Virus record (IMG/VR): IMGVR_UViG_3300033463_000076
Location: 16,113 to 80,112 of that record
Length of the DNA: 64,000 nt
Strand: one strand, 5' to 3'
Source of the DNA: a virus
Lineage: Duplodnaviria; Caudoviricetes
This document shows, piece after piece, positions 10,337-19,051 of this stretch; positions within the stretch are counted from its first letter, which is position 1, and every line of letters begins with the position of its first letter. The notes below the pieces were generated by a model. The model did no database searches, had not been told where the DNA came from, and saw only the letters and a program-made list of their open reading frames with translations. Position numbers and translations under genes: made by a program.

Positions 10337-10659
10337 ATCTTACACTGGTGCTGGTAGCGGTGGAACCCTACGACCTCATAGTCCGTTTCATCGTCCTTTC
10401 CGAAAAGCGAAATCCTGACGATCTCGCCAAGTCTGAAGTCACGACATTTGCGGTCGTACACGTGTATGGTATAGGAATAGGGCTTTGTGCTTCCGTCAGG
10501 CAGGGGAATCTCTGCGGCCTTTCCTGCAGGCACCACGTCGCACTTGACGTACCGTTTCCACTCGGAACTACCCTCATGATAACGGCCCTTTTCATCGTCG
10601 TAACCCTCGCTTTCCTCGAGAGTCATCAGCCAATGAGGGTGCATATCCAGTACAGGCAT
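10327..10659 (-). CDS. Head-tail joining (closure) protein
   Basis: 110 aa; position in the neck module. Confidence 0.55.
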   Translation of the reverse strand: MPVLDMHPHWLMTLEESEGYDDEKGRYHEGSSEWKRYVKCDVVPAGKAAEIPLPDGSTKPYSYTIHVYDRKCRDFRLGEIVRISLFGKDDETDYEVVGFHRYQHQCKIWV

Positions 10660-11018
10660 CAGCAGTATCTCCTTTTCCTACGTCTCTTACCATAGCCCAT
10701 AGTGACCTTCGGCTCCCCAGTCTCTAAGAGCGGTTCACCGATTTCACCATACAGGGCATTCGCCTTCTTCAATATGAGCTTCCGCTGCTCGTCGGTCAGT
10801 GGCTGGATAGTCTTGTCTGCCTCCGAGAAGCCGATAGCCTGAATCAGAGAAGCAAGGCAGTCCGCGACGGCACCCTTGAAGCCCTCGCTGGTCTCGACCT
10901 CGATATCATACGTGTCGTCGCCGTTGAGCCTACGCCTCGTGATCACGTTCTCGACGTAACCTTCTGGGACTGGGTAGAACACTTCGTCCCTCAGTGCTTC
11001 GCGGACTGTCCTTTCCAT
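10659..11018 (-). CDS. Head-tail adaptor (DUF6706-like)
   Basis: 119 aa directly after the capsid gene; resembles Bacteroidales phage adaptors. Confidence 0.55.
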   Translation of the reverse strand: MERTVREALRDEVFYPVPEGYVENVITRRRLNGDDTYDIEVETSEGFKGAVADCLASLIQAIGFSEADKTIQPLTDEQRKLILKKANALYGEIGEPLLETGEPKVTMGYGKRRRKRRYC

Positions 11019-11020
11019 GA

Positions 11021-12334
11021 CTAATCACCGTTTACGACGTATTCGGCTACAGCCTCAATCAGTGCCTCCTCGTCCTCGTCAGAGAGTTCGTTGGCCTTCT
11101 TGATGACGGTATCGTCCTTCGTCTTAGCGTTATACTTGCTGCCAGCAATCTTATTCAGAGCACGTACGAAGCCCTCCTTGGTGTAGGTGACCTCCTTGTA
11201 GGTAATCTGAACGTCCTCAACGTCTGCAGCCTCCTTGACCTCGTCAACCTCAGCGGCCTCGTCGATGTCGAGGGTGTAAATCTGGTCAACGTCCTCCAGG
11301 ATAGGAGCAACGAAGGCCTGACCACTTGTAACCTCGCGCAGCGGGTCAACCTTAGAGTAGTTCGAGATCAGCTTGAAGACGTCGACGAGCTTGTAGTTAA
11401 CCCACTTGACAGGGTTAGACTGCTCAGCCAGACGGCCGTAAACCAGCGTACCGACAACCTCGTTACAGATGAATACGAGGACGTTGCTTGCCCATGGCTT
11501 AACAGACTTCTTCTTGCCGTTCTTCTCACGGATGATGGTACGGTCGATGACACGGAAGGTCACGCCATACTCGTCCTCGAAGGCAGCGTTGAAGTTCTTG
11601 CTGTTAGGCACACCCAGACTGGTGTCGTCAGTGAACGAACGGCCCTCGAAAGAGGCAACCAGCTCACGTGCTCCACGGGTCTGACGCAGACGGTCGTATG
11701 CGGTCTTGGCGATACAAATCTGAATGATGCTGTTCTGGTCACGGTCACGTGCGGTGTCGAGTACACGCTTGATGTCCTCGATGGTCAGCTCACCCTTGGT
11801 GGTGACACCAAACTTATTCTTCTTCAGATAGTTGAAGTTCAGACGCATCAGAGACTTCTCAGGTGCATCGGGGTCTTCATCCTTAATGGCCACATAGCCG
11901 TGAGAGAGGGCGAACAGGAACGCATACTCATTCTGCTCGTCGATACCGACTGCACAGGCGACAGCATCGTCAGCAAGACGCTTGGCGATCTTCTGAGCGT
12001 TACCGCCCTGGGCAATCATCACGTTCAGGTTGTTGATGTCGGACTCCTTGAGGTACTTCTTCATACCAACCTTCGGGAGCTTACCATTTGCCGAAGCAAT
12101 GGTGTCACGGCTCTTCAAGGGGAGCTCAGAGTCAACAGCCACATAGTCGGCAGCAACGAACGTAGTGTTTACGGACGTGCTTTCCCACTTGTTATCGGGG
12201 GCAAACTCAGTGCCCAGCATTTCCTTATGGAGATAGGTCAGAGGGCGAGTGCGCTTCTCGTTGACCTTCTCGATGTAGCGCTGGAGTTTCGGGAAAAACT
12301 TCGCAACGTACTTGTAGAACAAACTTTTCTGCAT
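11021..12334 (-). CDS. Major capsid protein
   Basis: 437 aa; ADYVAVDSELPLKSR...GKLPKVGMKK resembles lambda-E-like capsids of Bacteroidales phages. C-terminal extension. Confidence 0.85.
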   Translation of the reverse strand: MQKSLFYKYVAKFFPKLQRYIEKVNEKRTRPLTYLHKEMLGTEFAPDNKWESTSVNTTFVAADYVAVDSELPLKSRDTIASANGKLPKVGMKKYLKESDINNLNVMIAQGGNAQKIAKRLADDAVACAVGIDEQNEYAFLFALSHGYVAIKDEDPDAPEKSLMRLNFNYLKKNKFGVTTKGELTIEDIKRVLDTARDRDQNSIIQICIAKTAYDRLRQTRGARELVASFEGRSFTDDTSLGVPNSKNFNAAFEDEYGVTFRVIDRTIIREKNGKKKSVKPWASNVLVFICNEVVGTLVYGRLAEQSNPVKWVNYKLVDVFKLISNYSKVDPLREVTSGQAFVAPILEDVDQIYTLDIDEAAEVDEVKEAADVEDVQITYKEVTYTKEGFVRALNKIAGSKYNAKTKDDTVIKKANELSDEDEEALIEAVAEYVVNGD

Positions 12335-12347
12335 GGCTTACAAATTT

Positions 12348-12746
12348 TTAATCGTGTTGAAAATCAATGTGAGGCAATGCTGTCTTCAACGTAGCCTTGA
12401 GAGCGGCAGTGATAGGATAAGGGCTTGCGAGGTCGTTCACCTCACCCCAAGTCATAATACCTACGAACGGCTCCTTGACGGACTTCGTCGCACGGCATAC
12501 ACCAGCATACTCGTAGCCATTTGGAAGGCTAACGTAGCTGCCATTCGAAACACCCAGAGGCTTGTACTCAGGGTCTTCCTTGTCCGATTCACGGATAATC
12601 AGCTGGCCGGCACGGATGTAATCCTCGTTGTAACCGTCAACGTTGAGCACCTTGCCACCCTCGATACCCTTGAAGTCAGCTCGGATGACGATAGGGTCAT
12701 TCTCGAAGCTGAAGGACTCCATAGAACCAATGTCAATTTTACCCAT
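12348..12746 (-). CDS. Head decoration protein (putative)
   Basis: 132 aa directly upstream of the capsid gene. Confidence 0.55.
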   Translation of the reverse strand: MGKIDIGSMESFSFENDPIVIRADFKGIEGGKVLNVDGYNEDYIRAGQLIIRESDKEDPEYKPLGVSNGSYVSLPNGYEYAGVCRATKSVKEPFVGIMTWGEVNDLASPYPITAALKATLKTALPHIDFQHD

Positions 12747-12783
12747 TTTACTTAATCTTTTTTGTGACTCCGAAACCAGCGGA

Positions 12784-13590
12784 CTACATATCTACGAGCT
12801 CGTCGATCTCATCGTCGGTGTACGGCTCCTCTTCCTGACTGTCGTCGTCTTCCGACTTGGAACCCTTAGTGCTGGGGGGAGCACCTAACTTACCCAGACC
12901 ACTCTTCTTGCGTTCCTTATTCATTTCCTCGAGGTCGTCACGAACTTCGTCCAGGAACTCCTCGAAATCGTCCTCGTCATCGAACTCCTGCTTTTCGAAG
13001 CGGCGGAGTACCGACTTGCCGAACGTTCCCGTGTTTTCCAGGACCTTCTCAAGACGCTTGCGGCGGCGGTCAACGGTCTTGTCACCCTTGAGCTTGGCGA
13101 TTTCGTCGTTCTGACTCTTCACCAGCTTTGTCAGATTCTTGATCTGTCTGGAGAGATAGTCGTTGTGACCGTCGTCATCGTCATCCTCGTCGTCATCTTC
13201 GTCATCGTCCTTAGACTTCTTGGACTTACCGCCCTTCTTGGACTTCTTCGACTTCTTTGGTTTCTTGCCTTTCGGCTCGTCATCATCGTCATCGTCGTCG
13301 TCATCATCCTCGTCATCATCGTCCTCGTCATCATCATCGTCATCCCCACGGGCTGCTTCCAACTTGCGACGGACAATGCGGCTCGAATGTTTCTGAGCGG
13401 CTTCGATGTAAGGGATTGCGTCATCGATAGCATTTTCGATGGCATTCGCTACATCCTCGTCAGAGGCGTCTTCCTCGATGTCGAGTTTTTTGGCAATGGT
13501 AGCGGCAAAACTCTCAACATCCTTGCGCTCGAATCCGTACCTCTTCACCTTCGGTTTCAGCGCTTTGATTACTTGCTGTAAATACTTCAT
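12784..13590 (-). CDS. Capsid scaffolding-like protein with a poly-Asp/Lys low-complexity tract
   Basis: Likely start MKYLQQVIK at 13590; long acidic runs; position upstream of the decoration and capsid genes. Confidence 0.55.
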   Translation of the reverse strand: MKYLQQVIKALKPKVKRYGFERKDVESFAATIAKKLDIEEDASDEDVANAIENAIDDAIPYIEAAQKHSSRIVRRKLEAARGDDDDDDEDDDDEDDDDDDDDDDEPKGKKPKKSKKSKKGGKSKKSKDDDEDDDEDDDDDGHNDYLSRQIKNLTKLVKSQNDEIAKLKGDKTVDRRRKRLEKVLENTGTFGKSVLRRFEKQEFDDEDDFEEFLDEVRDDLEEMNKERKKSGLGKLGAPPSTKGSKSEDDDSQEEEPYTDDEIDELVDM

Positions 13591-13621
13591 TACTCTTTGC
13601 TTTAGTTTAATGATTATTACT

Positions 13622-13729
13622 AAAAAAGGTCCACGCAGAGCCGAAACGCTGCGCAGACCGGACACTCTATAAGAGCAATGAGAGTCTTTTCGTCCTTACT
13701 GGGTGGCGTACAGCTTCATACGCTTTCTG
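13622..13729 (-). ncRNA. Candidate small RNA / structured leader displaying CAUUGCUCUUA in a hairpin loop
   Basis: Promoter at 13734-13764; hairpins GCGTA/TACGC and ACTCT-[CATTGCTCTTAT]-AGAGT; terminator GCGCAG/CTGCGT plus GTCC/GGAC and T6. Confidence 0.6.
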
Positions 13730-13733
13730 ACCG

Positions 13734-13766
13734 CAAAAATAGTTAAATCTATTTGAAAAACAAATA
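13734..13766 (-). promoter_or_regulatory. Promoter (TTTG-N19-TATTTTTG) with TATTTG-N5-CAAATA operator
   Basis: -7 box 13734-13741, operator 13750-13766. Confidence 0.7.
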
Positions 13767-13804
13767 AACTACGCATTTTTAACAATCTTTATTATATAAC
13801 AATA

Positions 13805-13832
13805 GGAGTAGGCGAGAAATCCCACCTACTCC
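13805..13832 (-). terminator. Intrinsic terminator
   Basis: GGAGTAGG/CCTACTCC 8-bp hairpin downstream of the 13863 gene. Confidence 0.65.
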
Positions 13833-13862
13833 CTTGAAACAAGTGTTAGCAATGAAACGGCC

Positions 13863-14429
13863 TCAGAAATTGAAGTCGTAGAACTTATACGGTTTCATCT
13901 GGGGGACATACCTCAGACCATAGGCATCATACCAACGACCGTCGGCGTGCAAGCGGATGGCCACCACCTCGCCCTCTGGATCGGGTTCTATCTTCCAGTC
14001 CTGAACCGAGTTATCGAAATGGCCGAGGAAACCGCCCATGACGAACGAAGTAGACCGTCTCTGCTTGCTCTCCTCCGTTTCCTCTGCCTTCATACGTCTT
14101 ACCATCCACAGCTTCTCCGTGCGCTCCTCGATGACCTCATAGGGATTGGCGTCGGAGTGCAGGCACTGGGCCATGTACTTCTTCTCCAGTGACATGAAGG
14201 TGGCGTGCTGCAGCTCCTCCTTCAGCGACTTTATCTTCTCCTGGTACGGCTTCATCTTCGGCCAGTAGGCTTCCCATGCAGTATGCCTTGCCTCCTCAGT
14301 ACCGCCACTGGCTACAATATGTGACACACGCTCCATATTGACCTCATTCAGTTTCAACTCGTTGTCTGCAATGAGCTGGTTCAGCTCCATTGCGTAGGAA
14401 ATCCATTCTTCTCTTTTCATATCAAACAA
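13863..14429 (-). CDS. Hypothetical phage protein
   Basis: 188 aa ORF tightly packed in the early-gene operon. Confidence 0.7.
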   Translation of the reverse strand: MFDMKREEWISYAMELNQLIADNELKLNEVNMERVSHIVASGGTEEARHTAWEAYWPKMKPYQEKIKSLKEELQHATFMSLEKKYMAQCLHSDANPYEVIEERTEKLWMVRRMKAEETEESKQRRSTSFVMGGFLGHFDNSVQDWKIEPDPEGEVVAIRLHADGRWYDAYGLRYVPQMKPYKFYDFNF

Positions 14430-14659
14430 ATATAACCGTTATATCCACTCTTCTCCATAGCCCTGCCTATCTTCACCAGTCTGTTAAAGAACAGCGTGGC
14501 CGTCACGAAATCCGCCATGGCCTTGTTCCACTGGCGCTTGCCCTTCGGCGGGTCATCGAACGTATAGATGACATCCTTTCCGTTGCTGAGGTGCCAAGCT
14601 ATAGCGTTGTCGTTATGGCTCAGGTCACCCAGTGCTGCCGTCTCTTCTATCCTAATCAT
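14417..14659 (-). CDS. Hypothetical protein
   Basis: 80 aa, overlaps its neighbours as in an operon. Confidence 0.6.
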   Translation of the reverse strand: MIRIEETAALGDLSHNDNAIAWHLSNGKDVIYTFDDPPKGKRQWNKAMADFVTATLFFNRLVKIGRAMEKSGYNGYICLI

Positions 14660-14879
14660 CTTTCTTTTCTATCAACTTGTTCAACGTCTCTATCTGAACA
14701 CTTACACCGAGAATCGCATCAGCCTTTGAACTGACAAGACCTGCAAGCCTCTGATCATCCTTCGACTTACGGCCGTACTCATTGAAGAAGTTCTGACTGA
14801 TACGGCTGATAGCGTCTGCCTCCTTCCTCAGACGCCCTGCCACGTTCTCCAGTTCCCTGACGATGTACTGCCTTTCCAT
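14652..14879 (-). CDS. Hypothetical protein
   Basis: 75 aa, operon packing. Confidence 0.6.
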   Translation of the reverse strand: MERQYIVRELENVAGRLRKEADAISRISQNFFNEYGRKSKDDQRLAGLVSSKADAILGVSVQIETLNKLIEKKDD

Positions 14880-14880
14880 A

Positions 14881-15375
14881 CTACCTACCGAAATCAGTGA
14901 TATCTACAACCTCCACACCAAAGCCTCTTTCCCTCAGATAGTCGGCGTACTTCTGGAAACGCTCACTATCGATGTAGACGAAATCGTAATTGTCAGGCTC
15001 CGAACAGCAGAGCCTCAGACCAAGCATCCCTGAAACCAATCGTGCATCAGTGAACCAAGCCGTGTACTGGTGCTGCTCCTTGAAGAACAGCAGCTTGCGT
15101 TCGTAACCGACGGACTTCGTGATATACGTCTCGAGCATGAACTTCTTCAGTGCCATGCTCCCAAGTTCACCAAGGGCTACGTGCAGGAACATCGTACCGA
15201 TATCATCGGGCGTTGCCTCGTCATTGTCACTGCGAACTATCAGCGTGCAGTTGCCGGCATAGTTCGAATACTTGACCTGCAGTCCCAGATACGACTTGCC
15301 GTCCATGACCTTCTGCATCGTCTTGCAGGTCTGCTCCGTGAAGAAACCCAGTTCCTCAAATATCTTCTCTACCAT
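14881..15375 (-). CDS. Hypothetical protein
   Basis: 164 aa, operon packing. Confidence 0.65.
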   Translation of the reverse strand: MVEKIFEELGFFTEQTCKTMQKVMDGKSYLGLQVKYSNYAGNCTLIVRSDNDEATPDDIGTMFLHVALGELGSMALKKFMLETYITKSVGYERKLLFFKEQHQYTAWFTDARLVSGMLGLRLCCSEPDNYDFVYIDSERFQKYADYLRERGFGVEVVDITDFGR

Positions 15376-15376
15376 A

Positions 15377-15700
15377 TTACTCTCCTTTCGTTGCGTTTAA
15401 CAATTCATCTATCTTCTCCATCTGGCCCATCAGCTTCCTGTTGACGAACTCCAACTGGTCTGCGATGCTCTCAAGCCGTGTGATATCCTCTCCGGCCATC
15501 AGGTGTAACTCGAACGACTGATAAGGCTCCCAGACGTTCTTGTTGAACCACTCGTCGGTGACGTTGCCTTTCTTCAGCTCCTCAAGCCAGTGGTCATACC
15601 AGTCAGACTTCTTACAACTGGCCTCATTGTACTCCTTTCTCAGTTCGAGGGCTGCAGCCTTCATCATGCAGACGACCTCGTGCAATCTCTTCTTATCCAT
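15377..15700 (-). CDS. Hypothetical protein
   Basis: 107 aa, operon packing. Confidence 0.6.
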   Translation of the reverse strand: MDKKRLHEVVCMMKAAALELRKEYNEASCKKSDWYDHWLEELKKGNVTDEWFNKNVWEPYQSFELHLMAGEDITRLESIADQLEFVNRKLMGQMEKIDELLNATKGE

Positions 15701-15703
15701 GGC

Positions 15704-16012
15704 TTAACACTTTGTTACTGAACCTGAAACGATGTACGTCTTAACAGCGAACTTGGCTGCTATCTCATAGGGGACACGCTCACAGTGATGGTCCATTTCC
15801 CACTTCTGACAGAACTGCTCACCCTCCTGGGATATGCAGAGGACTATCTTGCCCTCAGCTGAGCGGTTGACCATTTCCTGCAAGGCGTTGATGCAATCGA
15901 GGCAGAGATAAGCACTGCTGCGCCTCATTGACTTCGGATCAAACGAATAGACGTTGAACTTTCCGTCTGTCTGCTTGTAGTATTCTACTACTTTCTTCTG
16001 TGTTACTTTCAT
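15704..16012 (-). CDS. Hypothetical early protein (TAAGAGCAATG-tagged)
   Basis: 102 aa, first gene after repeated promoter block 1. Confidence 0.7.
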   Translation of the reverse strand: MKVTQKKVVEYYKQTDGKFNVYSFDPKSMRRSSAYLCLDCINALQEMVNRSAEGKIVLCISQEGEQFCQKWEMDHHCERVPYEIAAKFAVKTYIVSGSVTKC

Positions 16013-16160
16013 TGCTCTTACTTGTTTAAAACGATGTTTCTTAATGTTCCTTTATTATGGTGTAAAGGTAGTGATTTTTTTCCAATTATGCAAGCAAAAC
16101 ACCCATTATTTTGTTAACCAGACTTAACCAGCGGAAAGTTTAACTTTACCTAACTTTTGC
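16010..16160 (-). repeat. Repeated early promoter/leader block, copy 1
   Basis: TTGC...ACTACCTTTACA promoter (16071-16080), CATTAAGAAAC box (16036-16046), TAAGAGCAATG start, upstream TTAAC/CAAAAGTTAGG motifs. Confidence 0.8.
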
Positions 16161-16164
16161 AACG

Positions 16165-16259
16165 AAAAACGCGCCCTAACCTCACGGTCCGGACGCGCAA
16201 GAGAGCTTGGTCAGTCGCTAAGAGCAATCCAAACGACTGCCTTCTCTCATTAAGAAACG
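16165..16259 (-). ncRNA. Candidate antisense small RNA complementary to both leader boxes of the early genes
   Basis: Consensus promoter TTTG(16291-94)-N20-TATCTTTG(16263-70); GTTTCTTAATG at the 5' end; ATTGCTCTTA in the loop of a CAGTCG/CGACTG hairpin; terminator CGCGTCC/GGGCGCG with GTGA tetraloop plus T5. Confidence 0.7.
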
Positions 16260-16308
16260 CTGCAAAGATAGAACATTTTTTCTGTCCTACCAAATTTTCT
16301 ACGATATT

Positions 16309-17880
16309 TCATCTTCTCGGCCTAATCTTTCTCATAATCTCGGCGTCTGACATCGTATCGATCTTCGGATAGAACGTGTTGGCCAGTGCATCCATCCAGT
16401 CGGGCGACCGTCCGAGGCGTTCCTTGATATCGTCCTTCGGCTCTATGATGATACGGCCGTCGCTCTGGAACTTCCAGTGCGTATTGATAGCCTCCTCCAT
16501 CAGTTGCTCACACGGCGGCAGTGCTGGGTAGTAGCCGTTCTTCGGGTCGAGCCATTCCCTGACCTTCCAATACAGGTACGCCCTCATGTTGGCGAACTCT
16601 ATCTGCCCAGTGCTGTCCTTGAACCCCTTGACACCCTCCGAGAACTTGCAGGAATAGACGTTCATCTTATACGTAGCCCTCGACTGCTCGTTCAGCTCCT
16701 TCAGCCTCGAGTAGACACCGGCACCCTCACCGATGGTATCGATGAAGGCCTTGTCACGCTTCCTGTCCGTCAGGGCATTGACAACCATGCCGACAACGTG
16801 CATATGGTCGGCCTGACCTGCCGACTGGTGGGCAATGAACTGCGGCACGTAGTTGCCGTATCGGGGACACAGGATAGAAGCGTCTCGACCCATACCGGCC
16901 ACGTCGACACCCAGCAGGCATGACTTCTTGGGCTTGAACTTCTCTTCCTGCAGCTCCTTCCACCTGTTGACGGCCAGCTCGATCCACTCGTACGGTATGA
17001 GGGTATCGGTAGACACCTTCGGGAACAGACCCAGCACCTTGACACGGAACAGGTCGTTAGGACGGTAGTAGTTACCCTCCCACTCGAAATCGCCGTCGCC
17101 TACGATGAAGTCGTCCTTACTGATCTTCGTGCACCACGTCTTGACCTTCTCGGCCACCCACCTATAGTCCACCTGACCAGGAATCAGGTTCTGCTTCGTC
17201 ACGACATTCTCAGCATTGAGCGAGTTCAGACGGAACTTCTGAAAGCGGTCCTGAGTCATCGCCTTGGCGGCATAGCCCGTAGGGATGTTAGGGTTGAACA
17301 CCAGCAGCAGACGAGAGTTACCTTGCAGGTTACCCTCGATGGCGTTGAAAATCGTCTCTGAGATACCAGTGGCCTCGGTCACGACGAACATCACGTTAGC
17401 GGCATGGAATCCTGACCACGCCTCCGTAGCGTTGTTGTCGGCCTTGAATCCCGTCAAGAACCACTCGGCATAGTCCGTACGGATATCGTTCGCCACCAGT
17501 CTGCCAGGACAGGCAAACGGGAACTTGGCCCTTGCGGCCTTAACAAGTCTGTGGATTTCAGGCTTCATGATGTTCTCCACCTGACGGCCTGTAGGTGCGG
17601 TCATGGCGACCTTCGTGTTTTCCGACAGTATCTTTCCCGTAGGGTCGAACCTCGGCGTGAGATACATGAAGCATAATGAAGCGCAAGCGGCCACGAAGTC
17701 CTTACCTCGCGCTGTGCCGCTTGCTACTGCGGTCAGTGGATTGACCTGCACGGACTCAATGATAGCCTGCTGCTCTCTGTCAAGCCTTGCGCCCAACACG
17801 TCGCGTACAAACCTGTTCCAATCCTCTGCCCAATACTTAATCGCTTCATTTATCAGCCTCTGTCTCTCGGTGAGATTCAT
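16309..17880 (-). CDS. terL: Terminase large subunit
   Basis: Walker A-like VASGTARGKD, Walker B-like VVTEATG, nuclease GVDVAGMGRD and C-terminal GRSPDWMDAL. Confidence 0.92.
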   Translation of the reverse strand: MNLTERQRLINEAIKYWAEDWNRFVRDVLGARLDREQQAIIESVQVNPLTAVASGTARGKDFVAACASLCFMYLTPRFDPTGKILSENTKVAMTAPTGRQVENIMKPEIHRLVKAARAKFPFACPGRLVANDIRTDYAEWFLTGFKADNNATEAWSGFHAANVMFVVTEATGISETIFNAIEGNLQGNSRLLLVFNPNIPTGYAAKAMTQDRFQKFRLNSLNAENVVTKQNLIPGQVDYRWVAEKVKTWCTKISKDDFIVGDGDFEWEGNYYRPNDLFRVKVLGLFPKVSTDTLIPYEWIELAVNRWKELQEEKFKPKKSCLLGVDVAGMGRDASILCPRYGNYVPQFIAHQSAGQADHMHVVGMVVNALTDRKRDKAFIDTIGEGAGVYSRLKELNEQSRATYKMNVYSCKFSEGVKGFKDSTGQIEFANMRAYLYWKVREWLDPKNGYYPALPPCEQLMEEAINTHWKFQSDGRIIIEPKDDIKERLGRSPDWMDALANTFYPKIDTMSDAEIMRKIRPRR

Positions 17881-18353
17881 TTACCCTTCTTCTTATCTTC
17901 CTGCTTATAGGAATCGGTAAGTGACTTCAATGCCTTTGCCCAGTCGTCATTGTTCAGATCAACGTCATGCTTATCCTTCCAGTGCTCTGGGTCACGGTTC
18001 TTCAACCAGAATATACAAGCCGTCACATCGGGCGGTACGTCCTCCTCGTATATCTCGATGCGGGCGGGCTTCTGACTGCCGTCATCGCCTCCTGCCTGAA
18101 TGACCGTGCGCTTCTTCGTTATCTTGTAGCCCATGGCACGCTGATACAGCGACATCTCTACCTGGCTGTCAGCGAATCCGCGCCCCTTTTTTATGGCCTC
18201 CGATAACTCTTCGTTCTCCGCCACCCACTTGCTGAGTGTGGAGGGTGCTACCTCCAAATCGTTAGCAATCTCCTCGATGGTGTAGCCTTTCTGTGCCAGC
18301 CCCTTTATCCACGGGTCGTGGTACTTTGGGTTGTACTTTGACGGTCTTGCCAT
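17877..18353 (-). CDS. terS: Terminase small subunit (HTH)
   Basis: MARPSKYNP, HTH (IANDLEVAPSTLSKW), PPDVTACIFWLKNRDPEHWKDK; adjacent to terL. Confidence 0.85.
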   Translation of the reverse strand: MARPSKYNPKYHDPWIKGLAQKGYTIEEIANDLEVAPSTLSKWVAENEELSEAIKKGRGFADSQVEMSLYQRAMGYKITKKRTVIQAGGDDGSQKPARIEIYEEDVPPDVTACIFWLKNRDPEHWKDKHDVDLNNDDWAKALKSLTDSYKQEDKKKGK

Positions 18354-19051
18354 TCTTCAACTTCCTTTAGTGCCAGCTCCGTGAGGAACTGAATCGTCGC
18401 ACCGATTGACTTGATGTTCTTCGTCTTTCCGAACTGGACCATCGCCTTGCTAAAGTCGTCGAAGAGGGCGAGGGGTGCGACCCCAACCATTTCCGCCTTG
18501 CTGTCGATGGCCTTGACGAGAGTCTGGAAGTCCTTCAGCTGCTCCGGCAGGAACGTAAGCTGAATCGTCCTCCAGTCGAAGTCCAGCTGCGGCAAGTCCA
18601 TGACGGGGCTTGCGGCCTCTATGGAGTTCAGGTACTTCTCGGGCAGACCCGACGCGATGATATCGTCGATCTCCTTCATCTGCTTGACCAACTGGCCAAG
18701 GATTTCAGAGTCGGCAGTACCGACGAGCTCGTTGTGGGCAATCTGCTTTGACACTACCTGGGACTTCGTGAGTTCAGTAGTCTCTACAAGGGCGTAGATA
18801 TACTTCAGTCCTGCTGCGTTGGCTGCTCTTACCCTGTGGTGGCCACTGATAATCGTGAACGTGTCGCCTTGCTTCAGGACGTAGGGCAGTGACTCCAGCG
18901 CTCCACGGTTCTTGATGTTTGCCGTCAGTATCTTCATACGGCGGTCATCCATCACCTGGGCGTTGATGTCCTGCTCCTTCAAATTACTGATGACGAGCTT
19001 CCATATCTCAAGCCCGCCATCCAGTTCCGCAATCTTAATGTTTTTTTCCAT
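18305..19051 (-). CDS. ParB/Srx-like domain protein
   Basis: NAQVMD...IISGHHRVRAA...QIAHNELVG matches the ParB-N fold. Confidence 0.8.
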   Translation of the reverse strand: MEKNIKIAELDGGLEIWKLVISNLKEQDINAQVMDDRRMKILTANIKNRGALESLPYVLKQGDTFTIISGHHRVRAANAAGLKYIYALVETTELTKSQVVSKQIAHNELVGTADSEILGQLVKQMKEIDDIIASGLPEKYLNSIEAASPVMDLPQLDFDWRTIQLTFLPEQLKDFQTLVKAIDSKAEMVGVAPLALFDDFSKAMVQFGKTKNIKSIGATIQFLTELALKEVEEWQDRQSTTQSTTTRG

